From the NCBI GenBank assembly GCA_013265495.1, contig MU058337.1:1952686-2016685 (forward strand): a DNA stretch of 64,000 nucleotides, given 5' to 3'. The notes beneath the pieces are model-generated. The model did no database searches, had not been told where the DNA came from, and saw nothing but the letters and a program-made list of their open reading frames with translations. The position numbers and the translations under genes were made by a program. This document shows positions 22,451 to 34,660 of this stretch, piece after piece (the first letter of the stretch is position 1; each line of letters opens with the position of its first letter). The stretch is from Vicugna vicugna (taxonomy: Eukaryota).

Positions 22451-25129
22451 AGTGCTAGCACGTGGTCACCTGCGGTACTGCTGAGCGGATAAATGGCCGG
22501 CAATTTCATGTTTTGAAGACAAAGGGGAAGTGCTGGGTGGGGTTGCTTAGAATAGGAACAGAACGGGGTTAGTAAGACCATCTAGAAAAACAGTCTCGTA
22601 ACAGAGACAAGAGACAAAGTAAACTGCAACACTGAAGCAGAGAGAGGGAAACAAGGAGAAAGACGGGTCTGAGAGAGAGACTGTGAACTTAGAATTAAGG
22701 TTGACAGGATGTGGAGGTGGTCTCAGAAGGGATGCGACAGAAGTTAGGAGGGAAGCAGGCTTGAGAAGGAGGGACTTGAGCTGGGCTGTGAGCACGCGGA
22801 GTGTGGGGAGTGAGCCAGGCATCAGGCTTAAATGCCTGGGAATGGAGGGGGGTTGCGGCTGAAAATTCCAGACCAACCTGTAGTCTGTGCGTCAGTAGGA
22901 ACAAATTTGAGGGTGACCCACAAAGAAATCTGCTTATAATATAAAAGAATGAGATAATTAAGGGAGGAAAAACATAATATATATTTAATGTATTAAGCTT
23001 TTCAAAATACAAACACATGCTATTTTTTAAAAATGTTGTTTCCTTAAAAGAACAAGATGGACCTAGGGATTGGAACACGTCGGTTTTTGGGCAGTATTCC
23101 TCTAAGAGCAAACTGGTTCTAAGGGAGAAAAAAGATTTCCTGTATTAACCCTCGTCTTTATTTCATGTTTAGTTTAGCAATGAAATAAAAATTAAGCAAG
23201 GTCTTTAGCAAAATATTTATGCTGTTTAATATCATTCTGATAAACATAATATTTTGCAGCCAAAAACTGATACATTTTTAAAGGAACCTCAATATACAGT
23301 AATATTTCACTGGGATCTGAGAAGCCTGCCTGTTGAGCTACAGGTAAGGAATGGTTCCCTGCAGTGTTGTCCCGGAACAATTAGCACAAAAGGAAATGCT
23401 GATTGGTGCTCAGTCCTCTATGACTGCAGTAGACTAAAAATCCATTGGCCTTTTCAACAATGATAATAACCATTTGCTACGTTTAATTTTTGCTGCCCTA
23501 GATCTGTAATTATTAATCTTTCTCACTCTGTTCTTGATATAATGTACTGGGGAGCAGACAGATAACCATTCCCATAAACTATATGTCCTACGTCCCCAGA
23601 ACGGAGTGAATTCCACAAGATTGTGAGTTCTCAAGCAGTGGATCCCAAATCCTATGTAACGTGGAAGAAAAGTGAACCGCTCTGTCCCTTTTTGGACAAC
23701 TGTATGTTTTCAACACTTTTTCTGCACAGTATCACCTCAAAAGGCTACTCTAATTAGTCAAAGAATCTTTCCTGCCGAGTGTGACATTTTCGCAGACATG
23801 ATGTCACCTCCCAAAATTTCTTGGCTCACTAAAGGAAATATGAAACATGTTGACGTTATGCTGAAGATTAATTGGGTTCTAATTTTTAATTTTGGAAATC
23901 ATCTTGCTCCTTTTGAGTGACAGCTGAGATCAAACTTGCGAATGTATTGGAATAAATTACCTAAGGGGATACTCTCCTCTGGGAATTTACAATCTTAATA
24001 GAGATGTCATTCCCACGTGAGCGGGCGAGGAGGCTGCATGTGGCAGACAGTCGGAGCTTTGTGTCGGGTTTCACTGGAAGGAGAGATTAAACTAATACAG
24101 ATAAAGCTAAACTAAGTTATTCCAGGCAATTCCTATTGAATTCTTCAGACTAGCTCAAGTTTCTGGAAGACTTTTACAAAGTAACTGGCTTTGTGATTTA
24201 TTGTTACTTCTTAAAATTTTAAGAATTTTTTTTCACCTTAGTCTAAAATATGATGGGAGAAATTTCCTTTTTTAAAGCACATCATTAACTATGAATTAAT
24301 CCATTCCGTTTAATGCACGTATTTTGAAACTAAACCCCAAAATTTCAAATTGATTTTTTTACATCTAAGTTAAGTTCACCAAATACATATGAATCAATTT
24401 CTCAGTTTGGAATTGAAAGCTAACACTGCCTTAGTATCGCTTAGTACCTGATTCTACACGAGCAGCACAAATGTGGTGGAAAGTTTGTTTCCTCCGCAGG
24501 AAAGAAAACAGAGCTGCTTTAATAAACTGTTTCACTCTCACCCTTGTTACAAAACACTAGCTACATGTTAATATTAAGAGTAGTTTCTCTTGACCTAATT
24601 ATAATAATGATTCTTAAGAGTTAAACTTACTAATATAGATGTATGTGTATCCAAGAATATTATAGCAAACTATTACCAAAAAGAAGCAGTTGCTTTTAAG
24701 AAGAGGAGTAATATATTGAGGAGGTCAGCAAGATAGCAGGGTCTGGGGTCTGGAAGTTCTAGAGAAGATTGTCCTTGGAAATTCAGGGAAGCCAGTCAGC
24801 GTCAAGGAAACTGCTCCAGTTAGGAACCCTGACATCTCCTCTCTGGATGCTGCAATCAAGGCCAGAGACCGGCCTCGGCAGTCTGGAAGCAGGTATGAGA
24901 ACCTGGGGTCCAGGAGAGGGCTGGCTGGCCCAGGAGCAGAGAGGATGTCTAGCAAGGAGCTCTGGGCTTTGTAAGTGCCTCTTATCCAAGCTCCCAGACG
25001 CTGGGATGGGCCTGAGTCTAGAGTGGGGGTCAAGGGAATCCTTCTAATGGCAAAACAAGGGATACAAATGCCAGTATCCAGGCAGAATTTAAAAACTAGA
25101 CCAGAAGTAGAAAATCCAAGTGCCTGAAA

Positions 25130-25670
25130 ATGTTACCAAGTGAACAACTGCACAGAGCAGGTGGGTGTAAGGTAAGCGAAGTTGAACTGCCGCTGCTGAG
25201 AGCAGGAAGAACGCCTGCTCTTGGAACCTTTGCACAGGCGCTCACATGGCCCTGCCGGGTCCTGAGGAGGAGAGGGGGTCCAGAGGCCAGTAGAGCAGAC
25301 CACATAGGACCTTGTGAGACGCAGAGGAGAGTTTGGGTTTCATTCTACACTTCATGAAAAGCCTTTGAAAATTTAAGCAGGTAATGTTGAATCTGGCTTG
25401 TAGTTTGAAAGGATGACCATGATTTTCAGGTGGAGAGAGGAGGGAAGGAGTTGGGGGTGGAACTGTCTACACCAGTAGAAAGCCATGCCCGTGCCAGGTG
25501 ACACAGGAGAACGGCTTGGCGTGGGTGATGGGATGGAGGAGAGGCATCTTGGAGGTGGTGTCAGCAGGACTGGCGGAGGGAGAATGTGGAGGATGAGGGA
25601 CAGAGAAGAAGTCCACATGACTTCTGGCTTCCAGCTTGGGAACCGGGATGGATGCTGAAGGCACCCGTCA
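25130..25670 (-). mobile_element. L2 LINE remnant
   Basis: ggagtttgggtttcattct...tttaagcagg...ttgtagtttgaaaggatgacc...catgacttctggcttccagcttggg. Confidence 0.7.
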
Positions 25671-26244
25671 TTACAGGTTCTGCAGTTCCATGATGGTTTT
25701 AGATCCTCTGCATTGATCTCATCATATAATCTTCTTGTTACCATATTCCTGTGAAAACCTCAAGGGACCATCACCCAGTGATTACCACCATTTCCCCTCC
25801 CCCCCGGGCATATGTTGTCTCAGTAAGAGTGTAGCCCTATCTTTCAATGAGCCTTGCTAGGGACTGTGAAGACATCTTGTCCTAGTGTCCGAAGTTCCTG
25901 GTGAATATTTTCACGTTTTCTTCCAAGTATCCTTCATTTTCATTGTGGAGAAAGATGCAGAGAACTTGAAAGAGTTGAAAACAGTGGGGTCTGTGGAAGG
26001 TCCAGGTACATGTGGGTTGAGGACAGTGTCGGGGGACAACCACGCTGGTATCTGAGTATGTGCCTCCTGCCAGAAACAAAACATTTGAAAAATTCTGAAT
26101 AAAGTTGAGAGCTGGTGATGAAGAAATCTGACTCCAGAAGACAAACTGTGTCATCATGGCGATGACAGGAGCTTGTGTAGATCGTAGAGCCGCTGGACCA
26201 GGACACAGACCAGGGTCCTTCTGCTCCCCCCACAGGGCAGACTG

Positions 26245-26365
26245 CGAGTCAGGAAGAGACCTGGCGCTCAGTTGTCACTCTGCCATTTATTAGTCCTGTG
26301 GCCTTAGGAAGACCGCTTGTTTTTCTGAGCCTCGGTTCCTTTTTTTGTAAAAGGACCACCTCAGA
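26245..26365 (+). mobile_element. MIR SINE
   Basis: ctctgccatttattagtcctgtggccttaggaag...tctgagcctcggttcc...tgtaaaa. Confidence 0.7.
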
Positions 26366-26446
26366 TGGTGACACTGTTTTTCCTGATTGCCATGATGTTT
26401 GGAAGTATTCAGTCTGAGGTGCCTATTACATTTATTTGACCAGAAG

Positions 26447-26967
26447 TTAGTTAGTTAGTTAGTTTATTTATTTATTACTTTGAAGTAGAGTTGATTTACA
26501 ACGTTGTGTTCGTTTCAGGTGTACAGCAAAGTGGTTCGATTATATGCATACATATATTCATTTCCATATTATTTTTCATTATAGGTTATTACAGGGCATT
26601 GAACATGATTCCTTGTGCTCTACAGTAGCATCTTGTTGTTTATCTATGTTATACACAGTAGTGTGTATCTGCAAATCTCCAACTCCCAATTTATCCCTCC
26701 ACCTCCCCCTTTTCCTCCCGTGGGAACCATAAGTTTGTTTTCTGTGTCTGTGAGTCTGTCTCTATTTTGTAAATAAGTTCATTTGTTTGTCATTTGTTAG
26801 ATTCCACATATAAGTGATATCATATGGTATTTTTCTTTCTCTGACTTAACTTCACTTAGTATGATGATCTCTATGTCCATCCATGTTGCTGCAAATGGCA
26901 TTCTTTCTTTTTTATGGCTGAGTAGTATTTCACTGTATATGTGAAATATATAGTATTTCACTGTATG

Positions 26968-27002
<35 letters not shown>

Positions 27003-27050
27003 CACAACTTCTCTATCCAATCATCTCTCGGTGGACATTTAGCTTCCATG
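26447..27050 (-). mobile_element. L1 3' end with (TTAG)n/(TTTA)n-converted tail
   Basis: tgaagtagagttgatttacaa...gattccacatataagtgatatcatatggta...ccatgttgctgcaaatggcatt; (TA)n(CA)n at about 26965-27001. Confidence 0.95.
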
Positions 27051-27084
27051 AATAAGAGCTTTTTACTAAAATCTTTAATAAGAT

Positions 27085-27560
27085 TATTCATTCGCTTGCT
27101 GTTTTATTCACTGACCTGTTTGAGGACCCCTGGCAGTTGCTCTGGGCCAGGCTAGTTGCTGGGCATCCAGGGTAAATGAAAATATTCCTGCCTTAGCCTA
27201 CTATCACATAACAAATTCTAAACTTAGTGTCTACTAAGTGCTTTTGGAACTAAAACTTAAAAAAAAATGAAAAAACATGGCTTGGGGAAGTACCAGAAAG
27301 GATGGGAAGTTCATTTGAGACTGATTCATAGCAGAGAAAGTTGGAGGAAAGGAAGCTGTAAAGGGAGGGCAGGATATGAACAAAATCAAGGCATGAAATT
27401 ACAGCATCTCCCTGGGAGATGGCCAGTTGTATAGTGAGGCTAAAACACAGGGCATATATGAGTTGGAAAGAAGTGATGGTAAATAAAATCTAAAAGGGAG
27501 TAAGGAATCTGAGCTTGATATGATAAGCAGATAAGCATCATTCAGTTTTTAGGCTAACTT
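27085..27560 (-). mobile_element. L2 LINE remnant
   Basis: attcattcgcttgc...ttattcactgacc start followed by purine-rich L2-like sequence; very diverged. Confidence 0.5.
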
Positions 27561-27640
27561 GAAACAGTTGACAGAGGCATATGCACCTTCATACACAAAA
27601 CTGTGGCATTTGCCATTTTAAATGCCTAGGATGCGTGATT

Positions 27641-27956
27641 TTTTTCTTTTTTCAAAAAAATTTTTACTGAAGTGTAGTTGATTTACAATATGTTTCAGAT
27701 GTATAGCAAAGTGATTCAATTATACATACATATGTATTTTTTTCTTTTCAGATTCTATTCCATTATATGTTATTAAAGAAATCAAATATAGTTCCCAGTG
27801 CTATACAGTAGGTCCTTGTTGTTTATCTATTTTATACACAGTCGTGTGTGTCTGTTAATCACCAGCCCCTAATGTATCCCCCTAACTCTTTCCCCTTTGG
27901 TAACCATAGGTTGTTTTCTATGTCCCTGAGTCTGTTTTTGGTTTGTAAATAGAATT
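27641..27956 (-). mobile_element. Short L1 3' end with TSD
   Basis: L1 3'UTR (tgaagtgtagttgatttacaat...tttggtaaccatag); flanked by taggatgcgtgatt (27627-27640) and taggatgcatgttt (27957-27970), 12/14 identical. Confidence 0.92.
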
Positions 27957-27999
27957 TAGGATGCATGTTTAACCTGCCCTTTAGTCTGGTACATAGTTG

Positions 28000-28455
28000 T
28001 TTAAAAATAACTGTAATGATGTACACTTGACATATAATAAACAGTGCTTATTTAAAGTGTACAATGTGATAAACTTTGACGCATGTATAAACCCATGGAA
28101 ACATCATTGTAATCAAGACAGAGAACCTGGTTCTTGCTCCCAAAGTTCTCCCCGTGCCCCTTTGTAATGCCGCCGTCCAATCCTTTTACATCCTCTCCCT
28201 GGGTAGCCCCTGGATCTGCTTTTTGTCACTGTAGATTAGTTTGTACTTTCAAGACTTTTGTGTTATGGAGTAACACAACATGTGCTCTTTTTTGTGCCCT
28301 TCACTCAGCATGACTATTTTGAGATTCATCCAGGTTGCTACGTTTATTAATCGTTAATTCTCTCAGTGCTGAGTAATCTTCCCTGGTATGAGTGTTCCAC
28401 AATTATTTATCCATCCTCCTGCTGATGGACATTTGACTTGTTTCCAGTTTGAGGG
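28000..28455 (-). mobile_element. Older L1 (L1MB/L1MC-like) 3' end
   Basis: tttaaagtgtacaatgtgataaactttgac...ttcactcagcatgactattttgagattcatcca...tgatggacatttg. Confidence 0.85.
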
Positions 28456-28469
28456 GAAATAGTGACTTC

Positions 28470-28545
28470 CCCTCACTTCCATTAACCAGATCTCAGTCAC
28501 ATGATCACTCCCGAGCTCAGAAAAGCAGGGACCACAACTTCGAGC
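28470..28545. mobile_element. MLT1J/K-like LTR remnant
   Basis: cacttccattaaccagatctcagtcacatgatcac resembles an old MLT1 motif; short. Confidence 0.4.
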
Positions 28546-30559
28546 TGATTTCCCTTGAAATAGGATGAAGAGGATTTGGTGGGGAAATTATTGTGTTGTC
28601 AGAATTAGGGAGAGGAGTTAAGCCTGAGCCATTTGATTACCTCGTTATGTCGCGCTCTTGTGGGCACATGAGGCTGGTAGGTGTTTGTGTGCATGGACCG
28701 CATTGCATCAGAAATAGGCTTCGGAAGGGCACTTGAAACCACCTCGTGCAGCATAATAGTGAGTACCTTTCTACACCAGGAGTCCACAGTCATGCCTACC
28801 TCCCAGCCAATTCCTGCCAGGTACGTAGGCAAGTTCAGAATTTGAAAGTCATTTTCCTTGTTCCATTTTTATGATCTATTAACAGTAAATCTTGATTTAA
28901 TCAGCATGTAGATCTCTCTTTAATTTACCAACCATCAGCAAAATTGTGAAAGAGGACATTCACATGCACACAGAACGTGAACATGACCTAGAATGGTGGG
29001 TCCCCTGGCTCCGTGCGCCTTTATGTATATTATTCAAACATGAGAGTCATATCAGCTTCAAAATGAAAATGATCTTGAAGGCCTCTTTAAAAATTAAAAC
29101 TCCAAGATAGTGATCAAAACCTAAAACTTTCTTTTAGAAATGTAATGTCGAAAGCACATAACCCAGGATAGAAAAATAGTCTGTTTATTAAAAAATGAGC
29201 ACATCTCAGTTATGTGGTAGTAAAATCATCACCAAAAGGAATGTTGTATGAAAATGTATTTATATTCGCATTATTTACGAGTTAAATATCCATTCTCCGT
29301 TTACCCCATCTTCCCACCCTGCAATGATAATAGCTAGCATCCAGAGAGGTGGCATCAAGACCATTTAATTGTAGAATAAGAAAAACAGAAGCAAGAAATC
29401 CAAACAACAAAAATCCGTTAATATGTCTAAGTAGCTCCAAATCCTTTCTCAAGAAATTGAGATATTAATTTTTGCCTTGTTCATTTTGTACAATTCAATA
29501 AAGTCCTTCAAGTAAATGGGCAGAATTAGAAATCATCTCTAGGACTGCATTCAGTGGAATAAGCAGGGACGAGTCTTTCCGTTAAGTTCCAGGGGTGCAG
29601 TGAGTATGTTAGTATCTTGCCGTTGCCGCCACCCCAGATCAGCGAGGGGCAGCGCCAGTGAGGACGCGGTTATTCATCACCCCAACCTAACTGGCCCCTT
29701 TAGGTCGTGGCCAAGAGGCCTGACTTTCTGCCTCTAATGAGTCATGAAGTTCTTGTGTGTTTCATGCCAGTATCGGAAGGGCAGCCCAGCCTGGTCCCGG
29801 CCAGAATGAGCAGCAGCGTTGTCTAATCGTGGCGGAGCCGCAGCGTCTTCACAGAGCCCACACCAGAAATTAACTCTGCTGTCGCAACTTAGTCCTCACC
29901 ATTCAGTGTCTCAATTATGAGCAAGGGCTGACAATTACATTCATTTTGATGAATGAAAAAATTCACTCAAGGCTTCAAATTTAGGACCTTTTACCCAATG
30001 AATGGAAGGCAAAAATAATTGTACACAGTTGGTATAAAAAGGGGTCTCACATGTAGATTTTGGTTTTTGCTAGAAATGTGGAGAGCAGTTGTAAAAGCTA
30101 CCTCTGTTCTGGTGACTTGGAGAGATTCTCCTGAAAATTACTTCATCTCCAGCTGCTTACATCCTGCTTCATCAGGGCCTTGACTCTTCAGCTCATACAC
30201 TGGGTAGTCTGCTCACCAATTCTGTGATGCAGTGGAGCCAGTGCCCTAGCCACGCAAATCTTTGGCTTCCTTCACTTCAAATGACTTTTCTCCCTTTCTC
30301 ACTTAGCAAACTATTTCCATTCTAAAATCTAGATTTTGTCATCCCTTGGAACTGTTGGGAAGTTTGAACTTTCTAACCACAGTTCTTATCTTTCTACTTG
30401 TTCACTTCCCTTCTTCATTAAACTTGTTCTTCAATGTCAATGTTCCTAGTCTGTTGACCACTCTAATCTCCTGTCCACCATCTTTGCCTGAATCCTTCCC
30501 CTGGATACATTAGAAAGTAACTTTGATTGAACACTCATGAGAACTTTCAATTTCCATGT

Positions 30560-31000
30560 GTCATTTTTATTGTCAATATTTGGTTCTGTTAGGTTGTTTG
30601 AGATCTATCTGTGGTGTTGCATGTCAGTTTTCCTTTCGAGTGCAAGGTTTTACTCCACTGTACTTTCATACCAAGTTTGGCTTATCCACTATCCTTTTGG
30701 GTTCTTTCTAATTTTTGACTATTGTAAATACAGTTGATACGAACCTTTTTGTATAAGAGTTCTTATTTTCATGCATTTTTATTTTTCTTTAGTGAATACC
30801 CAGCACTACAATCATTGATCATAAAGTAGGTGAATGTTCAGCTTTTGAAGAAACTGCCAGTTTTCAAAACTCATTTACACTCCAGTGTACGCACCAGTTC
30901 CCCGCCAACATGTGGTGTTGTCTTTTTCCAATTTTAGCCAGTCCAGAAGGTGTGTAGAGGTACCTGTTGCAACTAGAGTTTGCTTTTCAAGTAAGGATAC
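30560..31000 (-). mobile_element. Ancient L1 fragment
   Basis: tgtttgagatctatc...tttttgactattgtaaata...gaaactgcca...ccaattttagcca. Confidence 0.7.
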
Positions 31001-31100
31001 TTGTAATGGACTGAACAGTCTCCACTGAATGATTTTTTTCAACCAGAAGCAAGACTGGGAAGAGAATACTTGGGTTGATTTTAATATTGATTTATATTTA

Positions 31101-31200
31101 GGAGTGGGAAATAGCTCAGTGGTAGAGCACATCCTTAACATGCATCTGGTCCTGGGTTCAATCCCCAGTACCACCATTAAAAAAAAAAAAAACACTCTTA
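31101..31200 (+). mobile_element. tRNA-Ala-derived SINE (vic-1-like) with 11-bp TSD
   Basis: atagctcagtggtagagc...ctgggttcaatccccagtaccacc plus A tail; flanked by atttatattta at 31090-31100 and 31201-31211. Confidence 0.92.
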
Positions 31201-31339
31201 ATTTATATTTACATTCTTTTCTTAATTCACTTCCTTGTTGATCCTTATGCTGTTTGATACCATTGACTGTCATCTTTTGTCTTTAAATTCCCATCTTCCC
31301 AGTCTTTTTCCTATTACGTTCCCTCAGTTACTTTTTCTT

Positions 31340-31870
31340 CATGCATACCTTTGTTCTGGATCTTTTCTCTGAACAGGTCAATGCTAATGCTTGTGTTTCC
31401 CCCAGATTCTGCCCTTGGTCCTCTTCTCTACCTGCTTAAAATGCACCCAGAGGACAAAAAAGTACTTTGATGCCGTTAACTACTAAATATCTAGCTTACC
31501 TGGGGAGCTGTTGCCTGAGAGTCCCCCACACGCCTCAAAATGAAAACCCAACCTCCTTGCCATATCAACAGGAGAAGCTCTTCTATCTACTGCAGTCCCT
31601 TTCTTGCCGGTGGCCTCAGCAGTTACCAATGATCTAAAACATAAAACAAACAAAAATCAAAACCCAAAAGACCACCTTTGCTCACTGACTCATCCTCCTC
31701 TTCATTGTACTCCCTAACATCAGCCCATCAGTTACTTTGAATACGATCAAGAAAATATCATCACGACAACTTTATGCCTTCCATCCTTGATTCCTGGTTC
31801 AGGTGCTTCCTAGGTCTCTCTTTCAGGTTCTTTTTCCTGTCCAGGCTGCATTCTCCATTACCAACGGAGA
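31340..31870 (+). mobile_element. L2 LINE remnant
   Basis: cccagattctgcccttggtcctcttctct...ctttgctcactgactcatcctcctcttc; pyrimidine-rich L2 body. Confidence 0.55.
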
Positions 31871-32974
31871 TGTGATGAATTAAATGCTAATACATAGGGT
31901 GGTCTAGTCACAAATGTTTTCAGTCTTTCCTTTATGATACAGTCTATGAAAGACACTTACCTTCAAGATACAAAATTATGAAATATCTGCCTAGTATGTA
32001 ACACACCAAATGATTCTAAAAGTAAATATTTTGTTAAATAATATGTACAACTGTTTTATAGAGAATCAAAAAGATTTTTTAAAAAAATCACCTGTTATTA
32101 AGAACTATGACTTTGGCTAAGAAATGACTCACCTGCACTTATGTCTGCTCCAGAGTAAAACCACACTGTTGGGAAGGTGCCTGAAGGATTCCCCCCCTCT
32201 CATCACTGTCAAAAAATTACTCTGATTTTATAAGGTAAATAATTCTTGGAAGTACTAACATATTTCTCGAGTCTATTGCGGGGGAAATGCCTGGTGTGTG
32301 AGACACAGTGGGTTTGCAGTGAGTCTTCGTTCTCATCCCACATTCTTCTGACTCACAGCATCCTTTATCATTCTTTCACCTTTGGTGATGGTATGGCCTC
32401 TTGTTCCAATTCCCTTACCTCCAATTATGCCTCCTTGCCAGTCATATTTACTTTCAAAGACCTACCCATTCTTCCAGGAAACAATAAAATTCCAAATCGC
32501 TCACAAAATCAGGAATTCCCTGTAACAGAAAATGCTATTTCCTTCTACCAAACAACGACAGCGCTAACTACTCTGCCATTTGTTCACAGGGATGCCTGTG
32601 AACACATGCCTCGGGGCTGGAGATCCCTGAGCCCTCCCGTCTCAGGAAGCTCTTGCTAGTAGCTTCTTCTGGAAGAACTCACCTCACTCAGAAATAAAAG
32701 AGAAGGGGGAAGAAAGTGATTTATGTCAAGACACTGAAAGAAAATGAATCACACACTTTTATAAAGCACATCTCGACGCAAAGCTGGCAGAAGTCATCGC
32801 AAGACAACAGAAGGAGATAAAACCTAAGTTGGCAGTGTTCACAAAATATATTGAATAGCAAAATCGAAATGAAGACCCCATTGGAAGCAGCAAACTAGAA
32901 AGGCAAGATGGCTGGAAACATAGTAAAGAACTAGAAGGATAATATAAAGAAAATAAATCAACAGATGCTTGTGG

Positions 32975-33175
32975 ACTGCCTGTCTGTGCCCAGACTGCTG
33001 CGAGTATTTTACATACATTATCCTCCTGGTCACTGCAGCCCTATGAAGTAGGTAGTACTGTTATTAAACACATTTACAAGGATGGAACAAAAGCCGTTAA
33101 ATAACTGACCAAAGTTAAAAACTGAGCTTCTAAATCAGGCAGCCTGAATTCGGAGCCTGCATTCTTAATCATTAG
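32975..33175 (-). mobile_element. MIR SINE
   Basis: cagccctatgaagtaggtagtactgttatt...atttaca...gttaaataactgaccaaagt...gcctgcattcttaatcatt. Confidence 0.75.
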
Positions 33176-33276
33176 GCTGTTCTCCAGAAAAAAAAGTGGT
33201 ATGTATCGAACAATGACTTACAAATAATGTTAGGTAGAGAGAAGAATGTTAAGTAGGAATCATTCAAGAAAATGCA

Positions 33277-34660
33277 CAGAAATAGAACAAGCAATTCTAA
33301 AATTTGTATGGAACCACAAAAGACCCAGAATATCCAGAGCACTCTTGAGGGAAAAAGAACAAAGCTGGAGGCACAGTGCTTCCTGATTTTGAACTATATT
33401 GCAAAGCCACAGTAATCAAAACAACATGATGTTGGCATAAAAACGGATAGCTCAGTGGAACAGAAGAGAGAGTCCAGAAATAAACCCACACATATATGGT
33501 CAATTAATTTATGACAAAGGAGCCTAGAATATACAATAGAAAAAGTACAGTCTCGTCAGTGGGAAATTCGATAGCCACATGCATGTGCAAACATTAACTT
33601 GGATTAAGTACTTAAATGTAAGACTTGAAACCATAAAACTTCTAGAAGGAAACACAGACTGTAAAGCTCCTTGACACAGATCTTTGGAGATAATTTTTTG
33701 AATGTGACACCAAAAGCAAAAGCAACAAAAGCAAAAATAAACAAGTGGGGCAACATTGAACTCAAAACTTCTGCAATATTAACATGATGAAAGAGGCAAC
33801 CCCCTGAATGGGAGAAGATGTTTGTAAACCATGTATCTCACAGGGGATAACATTCAAAATATGTGAATAACTCACAAAGCTCTATAGCAAAAAAAAAAAA
33901 AAATCCAGTTAAAAAATGGGCAGAGGATCTGAAAAGACACTTTTCCAAAGAAGACATATAGATGGCCAGTAGGTGTGTGAAGAGATGCTTAACATCATTA
34001 ATCATCAAGGAAATGAAAATTAAAACCACAATAAACTATCACAATAAATTATCACCTTACACCTGTTAGAAAGGCTATTATAAGAAAGACTAGAAAAAAC
34101 AAGTGTTGGCCAGGATGTGGAGAAAAAAATCCTGTGTTAGTGGGAATGTAAATTGGTGCAGCCATTATGATAAAAGTAAAAAAGTTCCTCAAAAAAATTA
34201 AAAATAGAACTACCATATGATCTAGCAATTCTGCTTCTGGATGTTTATCCAAAGAAAATTAAATGAAAACACTAACTCAAAAAGATATCTGCACCCCCAT
34301 GTTTTTTTGCAGCATCGTTTGCAATAGCCAAGATGGGGAGACAACCAAAGTATCCATCAGTGAATGAATAGACAAAGAATTTGTGATTCTATGTGTCTGT
34401 CTGTCTGTCCGTCCATCCATCCATCCATCCATCTATCTATAAATTATACAGCCATAAAGAAGAATGACATGTCCATTTCTGACAACATGGATGCTCCTAA
34501 AAGTTTTCATGCTAAGTAAAATAAGTGAAACATGAAAAGACAAGTGCTATATGATCTCTCTTATGTGTCAAATCTGAAAAAAAAACCCAAACCCATAAAT
34601 ATGGAAAATAGGTTGGTTATTGTCAGAGGCAGGGGCTAAGAGGTGGGAGAAATGGGTAAA
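33277..34660 (+). mobile_element. L1 (L1MA/L1MB-like) ORF2 3' part and 3'UTR with internal deletions
   Basis: aattctaaaatttgtatggaaccacaaaagacccagaata...agtccagaaataaacccacacatatatggtcaa...acttttccaaagaagacata...gaaaataggttggttattgtcagagg; multiple frame disruptions. Confidence 0.93.
34394..34440. repeat. (TCTG)n(TCCA)n(TCTA)n compound tetranucleotide repeat
   Basis: Directly visible inside the L1. Confidence 0.85.

Noticed and set aside
34027..34055. 13-bp tandem duplication cacaataaa(c/t)tat in L1
   Set aside because: Ordinary slippage within a dead repeat.
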